A stretch of DNA of 64,000 nt from an uncultured Alphaproteobacteria bacterium (GCA_944389535.1 CALXMS010000001.1:103202-167201); one strand, 5' to 3'; positions 17,758 to 28,752 are shown, counted from the first letter of the stretch. The notes: a model not told the origin generated them from the letters alone. Numbers and translations are program-made.

Positions 17758-18963
17758 CTAGAACATAAAGATTGCCTGTAACCCAACAGATGCTTCGGAA
17801 TAGTTATCGATACTTGCTGTTCCCATTTTACGGAATACACCGTCAACAGCATCTGTCTGCCAGAACGATAAATCTTTACCATCGGCAGAATCCCATACCG
17901 CCATCTTACCGTACAGATTCAGCGCAAACCAATCATTTGGCTGCCAACCGATTGCGGCTTTCAAACTTGCTTGGTTGTGCCAATCGTAATTTCCTAAGAT
18001 CGCTTCGAAATTAAGCGTCCAATCTTCTTCCAGTACGCTAAACACACCAAGCCCACCTTCTACATAGAAAGTATTTTTCGCATCCGTGTTATAAGCCATA
18101 AAGAACGTGGCATCATTACCTTCTTCCGTTGTTCCGTTAACTCCATTACCATAAGAATCGCCTTCAAAATTCAAATACCAACCACGAACCAATCCATATA
18201 TGGTAGAAGAACTGATTTTATATCCACCCTTAATATCTAAAACTATATTATTAGATATGTCTTGCTGATGCTGATAGTATGCAGACGCGGTCGCAATCCA
18301 TTCGTTTGTATCAACAAATCTCCACTGCATCCCCAAACCAAAAAGATTTAACCCGCTGTCATCCATGGTATCATCTGGTGCAACAGCCCAATCAAATTTA
18401 TAATCTGAAATATCAAAACGCGCCATAGCCAGTATAGATAATTCATCTGTGATACCATAACTAAAATCTTCTTTTATAGAAAACTGACTCATATCCCATT
18501 TACCATTAGGATCAGATATGGCACCACCAGAAACAGGTGTTAAGAATATATCATAAGAATTCATATTGTAAGACAAATCCGTTACGGAACCAAATTTACC
18601 CTTTGTCGGTTGAAAGAACGGATGCGCCAGATAATATTTACGTTTTAACTCTGTACGATAAGTTTCGGCACGCGTTGTACGAACCGTTGACGCGGAATTA
18701 CCGCTGTCGTATTGCTTATAAAGTGCGCTACGATTTGCTGGTTGCGTATAATATATGTTCTTTGCGTCCGCCTGGTCATAAGTTTTAGTTGTTGAACGAG
18801 TTGTATATTTTTCATAGTTTACTTGCGTACGTTCACGAACTGCTGGTCCGCTGGTTAAATCAGCGCTGGATGCAGCACGAGTACCGGAATTAGTTGCAGC
18901 CAACGCAGGCATCGCACTTACTAATGCCGCAAAAACGGCAACTAAAGACAAATGTTTTCTCAT
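17758..18963 (-). CDS. Outer-membrane beta-barrel protein (porin-like), second of a tandem OMP pair
   Basis: Has the signal peptide MRKHLSLVAVFAALVSAMPALAA, an N-terminal S/T/Y-rich region, a beta-strand-rich C-terminal ~280 aa and a terminal ...LQAIFMF. Confidence 0.5.
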   Translation of the reverse strand: MRKHLSLVAVFAALVSAMPALAATNSGTRAASSADLTSGPAVRERTQVNYEKYTTRSTTKTYDQADAKNIYYTQPANRSALYKQYDSGNSASTVRTTRAETYRTELKRKYYLAHPFFQPTKGKFGSVTDLSYNMNSYDIFLTPVSGGAISDPNGKWDMSQFSIKEDFSYGITDELSILAMARFDISDYKFDWAVAPDDTMDDSGLNLFGLGMQWRFVDTNEWIATASAYYQHQQDISNNIVLDIKGGYKISSSTIYGLVRGWYLNFEGDSYGNGVNGTTEEGNDATFFMAYNTDAKNTFYVEGGLGVFSVLEEDWTLNFEAILGNYDWHNQASLKAAIGWQPNDWFALNLYGKMAVWDSADGKDLSFWQTDAVDGVFRKMGTASIDNYSEASVGLQAIFMF

Positions 18964-19030
18964 TATCCAAATCTCCTTTTTGTAAAATTATATCATAAAA
19001 AGACCGAATGAAAAAGAATTAAAAATATTT

Positions 19031-19058
19031 TCGATAAAGGAAACCGCTTTATAGCGGT
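19031..19058. terminator. Hairpin terminator downstream of ftsK
   Basis: AAACCGCT-ttat-AGCGGTTT is a perfect 8-bp stem flanked by T-rich sequence (TTTCTTTAT on +). Confidence 0.4.
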
Positions 19059-19063
19059 TTTCT

Positions 19064-21310
19064 TTATAATATATGTCGTTTATTATTAGCATCTGGTGGA
19101 CTAACTATACCTTCTTGCTCCATACGCTCCATAAAACCTGCGGCTTTATTATAACCTACCCCTAACCTGCGCTGTATATAAGAAATTGTTGGTTTTTTAT
19201 CACGCAATACATATTCTTTTGCCTGCGTATATAAATCAGCATCCTTATCGGCCTTGGTAGGTGCACCCCCACTTATTAAACCAGACGATTCACCGCCGGC
19301 AAAATCCTCTCCATTCTCACCGTCGGTAACGCCGGTGGCATATTCTGGTTCACCTTCTGAACGCAAGAAATCCCCAACTCTATTCATTTCTTCATCTGAT
19401 ATAAAAGCCCCATGTATACGTACTGGGACGCGCCCAGCCTCACTGAATAACATATCACCACAAGACAATAGTAACTCTGCCCCCTTTTCACCCAAAGTCG
19501 TCATAGAGTCAATTATACTGCGCGCCTGGAAAGATACACGCGTCGGGAAGTTAGCTTTAATAACCCCTGTAATAGTCGTGGCATCCGGGCGTTGCGTCGC
19601 CATAACTAAATGTATACCAGCGGCACGAGCTTTTTGAGCAATACGCTGAACGCATGCCTCTACTTCTTTACGAGCAAGACTCATTAAATCAGCGACCTCA
19701 TCAATAATTATTACAATATAAGGCATATCAGACAAATCAACTTCTTGGGTTTCAAACAATAACTCTCCTGTTTCTTCGTCTGTACCAACGGCAACCTGAC
19801 GCGTAACTTTTTCACCGCTTTCACGCTTTTTTGCGGCCATTTCATTATAACTTTCTATATTGCGCGCATTTAAAATTTGTAGCTGCTTATACCTTTCTTC
19901 CATTTCACGAACCGCCCATTTTAATGCATTTACAGCGGCAGCGGCATCTAACTTAACAATAGGAGTTATTAGATGTGGTATATCATCCCAGAAGCCAAAA
20001 TCCACCCCTTTAGGATCAATTATCATCAATTTACATTTATCGGGTGTAAAATGATACACTATCGACATAATTATGGACTGAACAAAAACAGATTTTCCCG
20101 AACCAGTACGACCAGCAATCAACATATGAGGCATCTTTGCCAGATCGTAATACATTGGATTTCCACCTATATCCACACCCAAAGCTAATGGTATTTTATA
20201 TTTAGAATTTATGAAAGTATCATTATCTACCAATGATCTAAAACGAACAGTTTGCCGAGCAAGATTTACCATTTCTACACCAATTAACTGAGTACTTGGT
20301 ATATGTGCAATACGAATGCTTTCTGTTGCCATGGCGCGCGTCATGTCTTTTACCGTTTTACTTACGTCAGCCATACGCACACCACTTTCTGGCATAAACT
20401 CATATAATGTAACAATAGGTCCCGGACGAATACCAACAACTTTACCTTTTACACCATACTCTGCAAAATGAACTTCCATTGCGGCTGCGTTTCTTTTCAG
20501 TTCTGGTGTAACCACATTCTTACCGAAATTAGATTTTTCCAAGAACGCAGGGTCTGGTAATTCGTATTCCCCAGAAATTTTTTTTGATTTTGTACTTTTA
20601 ATTAAACGTTTTGCATGACGACGAGCAGGTTTAGTTTCCTGTACTTCTGTTTCTTCTGTTTCTTCTTCATCCACTTCAACTTCTTCTTCGTCTTCCGCTT
20701 CATATGAATAAGCCGGCACCAAATGAAAAACAGATAACACCCAACGCATTGCACGCCATATTGCGACAAACACGCTCTTTACATGTGACCATTTTATGTG
20801 TAGCATAAGTGCCCCCATTACAAGGAACAACCCCACTAAAACAATCCCTATTAAGATGCCCCAGTTTCCAATTAAACCGGTAATATCAGCCGCCGCAATA
20901 TACCCCAACATTCCGCCGAACGTAGACGTCGGCAAAAGCAGTCCGAAACCTATTGTCCCGATACATATAGTTACAAAACAACGTAAAAAATTATATTCCG
21001 GAGCAAAATTTTCTTCCCATCCCGCCAACCACACCAATCCCCATCGTGCTATACATAATATAAAAAACAAGGCAGGAACAAAACCTATTCCATATCTAAT
21101 AAAACCGACCACCTGCCCCATGAAAGATTGTTCACCAAAAGTACTAGCAACAGCAAAACCATTAAGATAAGGATCAAAAAACGCCAGCGAAAACAGTGCC
21201 CACAAAGCAACCAATAACAAACAAACGCCGGTAACGCGCTTTGCCAACTTTTTTAAAGCGTTAGAAATACTTTCTGGTAAAAATTTTGCATTTCTTGCCA
21301 TGCCTGACAT
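19064..21310 (-). CDS. ftsK: DNA translocase FtsK
   Basis: Has an N-terminal 4-TM domain and an acidic linker. The motor domain carries the Walker A motif GRTGSGKSVFVQSIIMS. The C-terminal gamma winged-helix domain has ISYIQRRLGVGYNKAAGFMERMEQEGIV. Confidence 0.9.
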   Translation of the reverse strand: MSGMARNAKFLPESISNALKKLAKRVTGVCLLLVALWALFSLAFFDPYLNGFAVASTFGEQSFMGQVVGFIRYGIGFVPALFFILCIARWGLVWLAGWEENFAPEYNFLRCFVTICIGTIGFGLLLPTSTFGGMLGYIAAADITGLIGNWGILIGIVLVGLFLVMGALMLHIKWSHVKSVFVAIWRAMRWVLSVFHLVPAYSYEAEDEEEVEVDEEETEETEVQETKPARRHAKRLIKSTKSKKISGEYELPDPAFLEKSNFGKNVVTPELKRNAAAMEVHFAEYGVKGKVVGIRPGPIVTLYEFMPESGVRMADVSKTVKDMTRAMATESIRIAHIPSTQLIGVEMVNLARQTVRFRSLVDNDTFINSKYKIPLALGVDIGGNPMYYDLAKMPHMLIAGRTGSGKSVFVQSIIMSIVYHFTPDKCKLMIIDPKGVDFGFWDDIPHLITPIVKLDAAAAVNALKWAVREMEERYKQLQILNARNIESYNEMAAKKRESGEKVTRQVAVGTDEETGELLFETQEVDLSDMPYIVIIIDEVADLMSLARKEVEACVQRIAQKARAAGIHLVMATQRPDATTITGVIKANFPTRVSFQARSIIDSMTTLGEKGAELLLSCGDMLFSEAGRVPVRIHGAFISDEEMNRVGDFLRSEGEPEYATGVTDGENGEDFAGGESSGLISGGAPTKADKDADLYTQAKEYVLRDKKPTISYIQRRLGVGYNKAAGFMERMEQEGIVSPPDANNKRHIL

Positions 21311-21358
21311 TTTATCATAAAAAAGACTAAAATGTTAGGATTTAAGATAAAAATTTAA

Positions 21359-22057
21359 TCATTTATTAAATTCTGCGCCGTAACGTTTTAACGCCGCCTT
21401 AACAAAATCTGCAGTAAGCATACCGATAAAAGCGCCTAATATTACGTCAGACGGCCAATGCGCCCCAACGGGTATACGAGAAAAACCGATAATGATTGCT
21501 AATGTCCAAGTAAACCATTTGACCTTAGGTGCCAATAACCCAAGCATAACTAATCCAGCAAATGAAGCAAACGTATGCCCAGAAGGCATAGAATTAAACG
21601 CCCAATCCGTTGAAAAAGGAACAAATCCTGTTTTATCCAAGGCTTCAAAAAATACGGGTCTCATACGTCCTATAACAATTTTTAAAATTTTACCTACTAT
21701 ACTTGCGGTCAATACAGACGATAAAACAAAAAATGCATAACTATTATGAGTCTTATCGATAAAATCACGTATAAAAACAATCAAACTAATTTTATTTTTT
21801 TCGTTTTTAAACTTAGGTTTATTTTTAATTATTTTTTTTATATAGAACACAAATAAAACAATTGCCGCAACGATAATCCAAATTTTTGCATCAAAAACCC
21901 AATCAAATATCCGCCATAAACCGCAATCAAAATTACGAAAGAATAAATATAAAGGTTCGTCAAACCAAAATATTCCTAAAAAAACCAATCCAACTGTTAT
22001 AACCAAAGCCCAAAGAACCCAATTCCATTTAATTTTATTATCACTTTTTAAAAACAT
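21359..22057 (-). CDS. PAP2-family phosphatase (PgpB / undecaprenyl-PP phosphatase-like)
   Basis: Carries the acid-phosphatase motifs KxxxxxxRP (GRMRP), PSGH (SMPSGHTF) and SRxxxxxHxxxD (SRIPVGAHWPSDV) within a multi-TM protein. Confidence 0.75.
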   Translation of the reverse strand: MFLKSDNKIKWNWVLWALVITVGLVFLGIFWFDEPLYLFFRNFDCGLWRIFDWVFDAKIWIIVAAIVLFVFYIKKIIKNKPKFKNEKNKISLIVFIRDFIDKTHNSYAFFVLSSVLTASIVGKILKIVIGRMRPVFFEALDKTGFVPFSTDWAFNSMPSGHTFASFAGLVMLGLLAPKVKWFTWTLAIIIGFSRIPVGAHWPSDVILGAFIGMLTADFVKAALKRYGAEFNK

Positions 22058-22077
22058 ATTTTCCCCGCTTAATTATT

Positions 22078-23583
22078 TTATTCTGCAATCAACTTATTAT
22101 AAACTTTTTTATCCGTAAGTATTTTAGCTGACACGGCGGCCGACAAAGCATCTTCATCAGCACCGCTGGTTATAGTTGGACAGCCTTTACGAATTTCTTC
22201 GACGCTAAAATCATTGTTTTTATTAAAATCTTGCGCATTAAAATCATTATTGATTACATTTAAGAAAAACGCGTTTTGTTGATTCGTTGACCTTATATTA
22301 GACAAACATACTATCGGGAAAACACCACGTCCATCAATCATTCTACCAGAACCGGTTTTTATAGATTTATTTAATAGTTCTAAAGCCCCACCGTTTTCCA
22401 AATCGATACGCGTTGCTATTCTTGCGTTACCTGCAGTGGGTGTACCAACCAAAACACCTCGTTCATTTTCATAAAACGATGCGGCGACGGCTTCTGCTGT
22501 GCCACGCGTCATATCAGACATCAAAACAACGACTGGAACATCTGTAACAGCATTTCCACCTGGTATAACCTCAACTTCTTCTTTAGCAGTTTCAATAATT
22601 CTCATAACTGGTTTTGCCCCTATAAACAACCCCGCCAGTTTGGCTGCAGCACGCTCATCATCCCCCATAGCAGCCCTTAAATCTAAAACTATACCGGAAA
22701 CATCCGGATATTTTGCTAGTGCCTCATTTACAATTGCGACTGAATTATCTGATATCTTGTGGACGACAATTTCTAAAATTCCGCCCGTATCAGGATCACT
22801 TCTATGCACAATATCTGCATCTGCTAAAATAATTGTCGCCCTACGTAAAACTACATCTTTTTCACCGCTTGGCGCCAATACTTTGATTTTTGAAGTACCA
22901 GAATTAAAACCAGACATTACCGCCGACAAATCCGCATCTGATAATTCTGAAACATTTCGTCCGTTTATAGAAACTATCAAGTTACCTTCACGGATACCTG
23001 ACGTATCAGCCGGAGAATCTTTATATATACCCGTAACTCTATAATTGCCACGCTCATCACGTACGCCTTCTAAACCAACACTGGTAAGGATTCTTCCGTC
23101 TTCTGTAATTTCTGCAGCTCTTGAATAAATATACCTTCCGTTTTCATCAATTCCGCGCATTAAACTATCTACAACCATCTGATACATTTCGCTAGTAGAG
23201 GCGTTATGTAAAACAGGATCATTCGCACGTAATTTTAAAATCAATGCCGTCGTTATTTCACCAAAACCTTTCCAATCAGACGCATTAGGACGTGGGTAAT
23301 TAGCAATGATAGAATCCTGCCAGACAAGAACTATGCGCTCATCTGTTGCTGCTATATGTGCATTTTTATTTAAATTTTCTAAACTCTCTATGGCAACATT
23401 TATGTTTTTTCCGCCCCATTTTATACCGTCTAACTTTTCATATATATCTGCAAAAGTGGAAGAGACCTCAAAAACATTTAAACCATCTTGTATAGGTTCA
23501 TCTTCAAAAAACAAACTTTCAGATCGACAAGGTAACGAAACCAAGGTTAAAAGTGCGAATAAAAATAATTTAGTTATTTTCAT
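22078..23583 (-). CDS. ctpA: Carboxy-terminal processing peptidase (S41 family) with PDZ domain
   Basis: Signal peptide. PDZ domain GIYKDSPADTSGIREGNLIVSINGRNV. The S41 catalytic region is VVLMSDMTRGTAEAVAASF...GVFPIV. Confidence 0.8.
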   Translation of the reverse strand: MKITKLFLFALLTLVSLPCRSESLFFEDEPIQDGLNVFEVSSTFADIYEKLDGIKWGGKNINVAIESLENLNKNAHIAATDERIVLVWQDSIIANYPRPNASDWKGFGEITTALILKLRANDPVLHNASTSEMYQMVVDSLMRGIDENGRYIYSRAAEITEDGRILTSVGLEGVRDERGNYRVTGIYKDSPADTSGIREGNLIVSINGRNVSELSDADLSAVMSGFNSGTSKIKVLAPSGEKDVVLRRATIILADADIVHRSDPDTGGILEIVVHKISDNSVAIVNEALAKYPDVSGIVLDLRAAMGDDERAAAKLAGLFIGAKPVMRIIETAKEEVEVIPGGNAVTDVPVVVLMSDMTRGTAEAVAASFYENERGVLVGTPTAGNARIATRIDLENGGALELLNKSIKTGSGRMIDGRGVFPIVCLSNIRSTNQQNAFFLNVINNDFNAQDFNKNNDFSVEEIRKGCPTITSGADEDALSAAVSAKILTDKKVYNKLIAE

Positions 23584-23618
23584 ATTCCCTATCTCCTCCC
23601 CCTGGTTAAAATACCATA

Positions 23619-24485
23619 TTACTTTGTATCATCACGCAAATTAAAGTGATACAAAATAACATTTGAAATATAAATACTTGTAAAGGTTCCCATAACAACA
23701 GCAAATGTCATGGCTATAGCAAACTCGCGTAACATGGTGCCACCGAACAAATATAACGCCACCATGGCCAAAATCGTTGAAACCCCGGTCATGATTGTTC
23801 TACGCATCATTTCGTTAACTGATAAATCAATTAAATCGTCCATAGGCATTTTATGATACATTTTTATATTTTCTTCAATACGGTCATAATTAACAACTTT
23901 ATCATTTATGGAATATCCGACGCCCATCAATATGACTGCAATGGCAGTTTGATTAAATTCCAGTCCCGTAATAGAAAAGAAACCAAACATTATTATAAAG
24001 TCTAAACATAACGAAACGAAAGATCCTATTGCATATCCGCCACGATAACGAACCCATACATAAACAGACATTAGTATAAAAGAGAACAATACTGCCAAAA
24101 TTCCTCCACGTACTAGTTCCCCACCAATTTTTGGTCCGACGATTTGTACCTGAGAATATTCAACTTTATTTCCTAATATATTCTTAATTTCTGTTACTCG
24201 TTGATTTTGTTCGGCGTCGGTTGCACCTTTATGCAGTCCCACGCGCACTAATATCGCCCCATTATTACCAACCGATTGCAATTCTGGTTTAAATTGAGAC
24301 AAATCAGCACGCATTTTATCAATGGTATAATCTGCGGACACAGGTGTAACTTCCATTGATATTCCCCCAGCAAAGTCAATTCCATAATTCAAACCGCGAA
24401 CACATAAAGATAATATAGAGAGTCCGACAAGAGCCGCCGCAACCCAGTACGATAATTTGCGATATTTCATAAACTTCAGTTTCAT
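23619..24485 (-). CDS. secF: Protein translocase subunit SecF
   Basis: 288 aa with 6 TMs and a conserved SecF periplasmic loop. Sits immediately downstream of secD. Confidence 0.9.
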   Translation of the reverse strand: MKLKFMKYRKLSYWVAAALVGLSILSLCVRGLNYGIDFAGGISMEVTPVSADYTIDKMRADLSQFKPELQSVGNNGAILVRVGLHKGATDAEQNQRVTEIKNILGNKVEYSQVQIVGPKIGGELVRGGILAVLFSFILMSVYVWVRYRGGYAIGSFVSLCLDFIIMFGFFSITGLEFNQTAIAVILMGVGYSINDKVVNYDRIEENIKMYHKMPMDDLIDLSVNEMMRRTIMTGVSTILAMVALYLFGGTMLREFAIAMTFAVVMGTFTSIYISNVILYHFNLRDDTK

Positions 24486-24495
24486 CGAAATCCCC

Positions 24496-26055
24496 TTACT
24501 TACTTCTTACATAACCAATTTTTTTATTTTTACCGTTCATATACCAATCAATTATAACCTTTGACAAAGACACACATGTAAATAAAGTCGTCAAAACGCC
24601 AACCGATAACGTTACGGCAAATCCACGAATTGGTCCCGCCCCGAATTGAAACAAAACCAACGAACAAATTAAATTTGTTAAATTACCGTCTAATACCGCC
24701 TTCATTGAACGATGGAAACCGGCCTCAACCGCCCTTAACGGCGTAGATCCGGCACGAATTTCATCACGGATACGTTCAAATGGTAAAATATTCGCATCCA
24801 CCGCCATACCCAACGTTAATACGATACCTGCGATACCAGGTAACGTTAGCGTTGCTCCTAAGAAAGCAGAAATACCGATTATCATTGCTAAATTTATCAC
24901 TAATACAAAACTTGCAATAACACCGAAACTACGGTAGCACACTATCATAAATATCATTATAAAGATCATACCAAACAATGATGCAATTTTACCTGCAGCA
25001 ATGGTATCGGCCCCCAGCCCCGCACCAACGGTACGTTCTTCTATTACTTGCAAAGGTGCTGGCAAAGCCCCACTTCTTAACAGCACAGCTAAATCTTTTG
25101 CCCCCTGCAAAGTAAAACCACCAGAAATCTGACCACGACCACCAGGTATAGGTTCACGAATTGTCGGTGCTGACAAAACCATATCATCTAAAACTATTGC
25201 AAAACGTTCGTTTACATGTTCTGTTGTAAGACGCGCAAATTTACGGGCACCACCAGAATCAAAAACAGTTGTTACAACAGGCATATTATTTTGATCAAAA
25301 TCAGCCTGAGAATCTTTCAACGATTCACCAGACACTTCTACCCTAGAATAAACAGGAATAAGTTGATCTGGCGCCTCCATCAAAGGCAAAAATTCTGTAC
25401 CCTTTGGTGCCCGTCCAGAAGCTAATTGTTCTTGTGTTATATCCTCGTTTACAAGATGAAATGTCATCTTTGCAGTTTGTCCGATCAATTCTTTTATACG
25501 TTCTGGATTATCAACCCCAGGCAACTGAACCAAAATATATTTTCCGCCCTGACTTTGAATAGAAGGTTCTTTCGTTCCCAGCGCATCAATACGACGACGA
25601 ACTATTTCTATACTACGCGACAAAGCATCTTGAACCAATTCTTCTTTTGCTTTTTCTGAATAAGTTAAAGATATTGTGCGCCCATCGGTTGTAACATCTA
25701 CCATATCGCCGAATTCGCTTTTTAATCTGGACTTTGCCTTAGAAACGTCGGCTTCATCACGAACAACGAACGACACAACCCCGTCGTTATTACGCATATT
25801 AGAAAATCTAATTACCCCTTTGTCACGATCTATCAATGCACTTCGCGCATCTTCATACAATTGCGCGGTCTTATCTTGCATCATTACATCTGTATCAACT
25901 TCTAACAAAAGTTGAGCCCCCCCCTTCAAATCCAAACCCAATGGTATAGGCTGAATCCAAGAAGGAAAATACGGCGCCAAACTTGGTGCGATTGTCGGAA
26001 CCGCCAACAAAACACCAAATACAGCAACGAAAATTATTGCCAGTTTTTTAAACAT
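24496..26055 (-). CDS. secD: Protein translocase subunit SecD
   Basis: 519 aa. LDLKGGAQLLLEVD is the SecD signature. Contains a large periplasmic P1 domain and C-terminal 6 TMs. Confidence 0.9.
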   Translation of the reverse strand: MFKKLAIIFVAVFGVLLAVPTIAPSLAPYFPSWIQPIPLGLDLKGGAQLLLEVDTDVMMQDKTAQLYEDARSALIDRDKGVIRFSNMRNNDGVVSFVVRDEADVSKAKSRLKSEFGDMVDVTTDGRTISLTYSEKAKEELVQDALSRSIEIVRRRIDALGTKEPSIQSQGGKYILVQLPGVDNPERIKELIGQTAKMTFHLVNEDITQEQLASGRAPKGTEFLPLMEAPDQLIPVYSRVEVSGESLKDSQADFDQNNMPVVTTVFDSGGARKFARLTTEHVNERFAIVLDDMVLSAPTIREPIPGGRGQISGGFTLQGAKDLAVLLRSGALPAPLQVIEERTVGAGLGADTIAAGKIASLFGMIFIMIFMIVCYRSFGVIASFVLVINLAMIIGISAFLGATLTLPGIAGIVLTLGMAVDANILPFERIRDEIRAGSTPLRAVEAGFHRSMKAVLDGNLTNLICSLVLFQFGAGPIRGFAVTLSVGVLTTLFTCVSLSKVIIDWYMNGKNKKIGYVRSK

Positions 26056-26066
26056 ACCCTAACCCT

Positions 26067-26396
26067 TTATTCAACGTTTGCTATTGCGCCTTTATTTACT
26101 TCGATTACAACGCCATCAGCAATTTCCATTTCTATCGATTTTTCATTTATTTTTTTTATAGTCCCATAAATACCGGCAGCCAAAACGCGATTCCCAACTT
26201 TTAAAGAATCCAGCATTTTTTGATATTCCGCCATACGTTTTTTATTAGGTCTGACCATAAATACATAAATTATTGCAAAAATTATCAGACAGTAAATCAA
26301 CATCCCCCACCAATCATTTGCCGTCGTTGCGGCTGTGGTTGTTGCTGTTTCTACTACTGCTGTTGTTTCTTCCATTATATTTCTCCTTATATCCAA
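26067..26396 (-). CDS. yajC: Preprotein translocase subunit YajC
   Basis: A single TM (LIYCLIIFAIIYVFMVRP) is followed by KKRMAEYQKMLDSLKVGNRVLAAGIYGTI. This matches the conserved yajC-secD-secF order. Confidence 0.8.
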   Translation of the reverse strand: MDIRRNIMEETTAVVETATTTAATTANDWWGMLIYCLIIFAIIYVFMVRPNKKRMAEYQKMLDSLKVGNRVLAAGIYGTIKKINEKSIEMEIADGVVIEVNKGAIANVE

Positions 26397-26468
26397 GTAT
26401 ATTTATATGGCTCAGAATAGTAAAAAAAGCCGATTATGTAAAGAAAATAGTTAATAAAAACTTTAAAA

Positions 26469-28193
26469 TCAAACACGTTCGAACCAACCATCTATCTCTG
26501 AAAAAGGAATTATTTTATACACTGGTCGACCATGATTACATTCCCCTGCCCGACTTGTATTTTCTATATCTCTTAATAAGGCATCCATTTGCGCAAAATC
26601 CAACTTCTGCCCAGCCCGAACGCTGTGATGACATGCGTAATTTGCAAGTTTAAGATGAAGCTTTTCTCCTAGTTGTGAAGAATGACCAAAAACTCTTACT
26701 TCATCCGCTATGTCATGAAACAGTTCCGCCCAATTTAAATCCCAATCTGCCGGTTTTTCAAAAATAGCCACTGCATCGTCACCGAACGCTTCAACATGTA
26801 AACCAGATGCCATCATTTCTTCGGAAATAGCCAATAGCGCATCAACATCTTCTGAACGTAATTGAATAACTATAGGTGTTAATAATGGTTGTTTTTTTAT
26901 TTTATTGGATCGTAATTTTTCGTATGTAATACGTTCATGCGCAGCATGCTGATCAACTATAACTAAATTTTCACCGCTTTGAGCTAATATATATTTATTT
27001 CCGACCTGACCTATAACGCGCCCCAAAGGCATATCTTTTATAACAATATCTTCTTTATCCAATACATCTTGATCTTTTTCTGTCGTTTGTTTTTCAAACA
27101 TAAAAGCAATGTCTGGCCCAAGATTTGTTGTACATACGCGAAAATCTTTACTTATAAAATTCATCGTGTTTTGATGGATATTTTTAGCACCTTCCGTATT
27201 TATAAAGCTTTTTTTGTCTATTAATTTTTTAGCCAATACATCACGCAAAGCTTTTATTATAAAAGATCTAATATGAGAAGGTTCTAAAAAATGTACTTCT
27301 GTTTTTGCTGGAGATACATTTACATCGACGCTGCGCGGGTCTAAACTTAAATACAATGCACACAGCGGAAATTCTCTGGTATGCATAACATCTATATAAG
27401 CAGCCCTTAAAGCCCCGACCAGCACTTTGTCTTTAACGGACCTGCCGTTTACAAATAAATACTGATCTACTGAAGATGCCCGTCTTAAAGTCGGTTCAGA
27501 TATAAAACCATATAAACTTAACGATTGGTTAGAAGAAGATTTAGCGTTAACTTCTAACATACGCCCACGAACGTCATCTCCCATAACAGCGACGATTCTT
27601 TCTTGTAAATCTTGATTCTTTGGGAAACGCCATTTATTATTTAACGTAAAACCCACATCTGGTCTAGACATAGCCAATCGTTTTATTACATCTACGATTG
27701 ACATCATTTCGGCTTTATCGCCCCTAAGAAACTTCAGTCTAGCAGGCGTTTTTGCGAATAGATTAAGTACTTTTATTCTGGTTCCACAATCCCAATCTGA
27801 CGGTCTAATTTCTTCTGTCTCACATTTCATAGACCAACCATTTGAATCATTTCCATTAAAAGTATCTATGAACATATCAGAAACAGACGCTATCGAAGGC
27901 AAAGCTTCTCCGCGAAATCCCATAAAATGTATATTTAATAAATCATCAGATGGTAACTTAGAAGTTGCATGCCTCATAACGCTTTGCTTTAAATCTTCGC
28001 GAGACATCCCAGAACCATTATCTATTACAGAAATAGAAGTTCTTCCACCGTCTATTACATCTACGACGATTTGATCGGCACCTGCATCAAGAGCGTTTTC
28101 AACAAGTTCTTTAACAACACTGGCCGGACGTTCAACGACCTCACCCGCGGCAATCTGGTTTATTAAAAAGTCGGGCAGAACGCGAATCGACAT
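26469..28193 (-). CDS. mutL: DNA mismatch repair protein MutL
   Basis: Has the N-terminal GHKL ATPase motifs (QIAAGEVVERPASVVKELVENALDAGA, DNGSGM) and a C-terminal dimerisation domain. Confidence 0.9.
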   Translation of the reverse strand: MSIRVLPDFLINQIAAGEVVERPASVVKELVENALDAGADQIVVDVIDGGRTSISVIDNGSGMSREDLKQSVMRHATSKLPSDDLLNIHFMGFRGEALPSIASVSDMFIDTFNGNDSNGWSMKCETEEIRPSDWDCGTRIKVLNLFAKTPARLKFLRGDKAEMMSIVDVIKRLAMSRPDVGFTLNNKWRFPKNQDLQERIVAVMGDDVRGRMLEVNAKSSSNQSLSLYGFISEPTLRRASSVDQYLFVNGRSVKDKVLVGALRAAYIDVMHTREFPLCALYLSLDPRSVDVNVSPAKTEVHFLEPSHIRSFIIKALRDVLAKKLIDKKSFINTEGAKNIHQNTMNFISKDFRVCTTNLGPDIAFMFEKQTTEKDQDVLDKEDIVIKDMPLGRVIGQVGNKYILAQSGENLVIVDQHAAHERITYEKLRSNKIKKQPLLTPIVIQLRSEDVDALLAISEEMMASGLHVEAFGDDAVAIFEKPADWDLNWAELFHDIADEVRVFGHSSQLGEKLHLKLANYACHHSVRAGQKLDFAQMDALLRDIENTSRAGECNHGRPVYKIIPFSEIDGWFERV

Positions 28194-28200
28194 TATTCAA

Positions 28201-28713
28201 TCATTCCTTAAATTTCACTTCTAATATTTCATATTCCTTTTCGCCACCTGGAAGCTTTACAATACAGGTATCTCCCACGCAGCGTCCTATCATTGCACGC
28301 CCCACAGGAGAAGTACAAGAAATAACCTGTTTTCCATCAGATTCTATATCAGATAAAATTCTACATTGCATGCGGTTTCCGTCTTCATCTTCGGCGACAA
28401 CCCTTGCACCAAACACAACACGATCGCCGGACAAACTGTCAACATCAATTACGTCCGCATTATTTATAAAATCCTCTATAAACTGAATGCGTTTATCTAT
28501 TTGGCGCTGTTTTTCTTTTGCAGCGCTATAATCTGCATTTTCTGATAAATCCCCTAAAGAACGAGCCCACTGCACAGTTTTTAAGATTTCTGGACGCTGT
28601 ACTTCTTTCAAATCTTTAAGTTCTTTAAGCAGGCCATCAAATCCAGCCCGCGAAATTGGTCTTTTTTCCATTTTATATAACCTTATTATGTCGTTGAAAT
28701 TATACGCATTCAT
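28201..28713 (-). CDS. greA: Transcription elongation factor GreA
   Basis: GDLSENADYSAAKE is the acidic finger tip of the coiled coil, followed by a C-terminal FKBP-like domain. Length 170 aa. Confidence 0.9.
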   Translation of the reverse strand: MNAYNFNDIIRLYKMEKRPISRAGFDGLLKELKDLKEVQRPEILKTVQWARSLGDLSENADYSAAKEKQRQIDKRIQFIEDFINNADVIDVDSLSGDRVVFGARVVAEDEDGNRMQCRILSDIESDGKQVISCTSPVGRAMIGRCVGDTCIVKLPGGEKEYEILEVKFKE

Positions 28714-28752
28714 TTTAATTTTGCAATTATCAAATGAACAGGGTATACTTTT

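Noticed and set aside
25216-26653. Series of plus-strand ORFs (including a CCCFYYCCCFF-containing one) over secD/yajC/mutL
   Set aside because: They are antisense to well-supported genes. The Cys-rich string is the complement of the Thr/Ala-rich yajC N-terminus.
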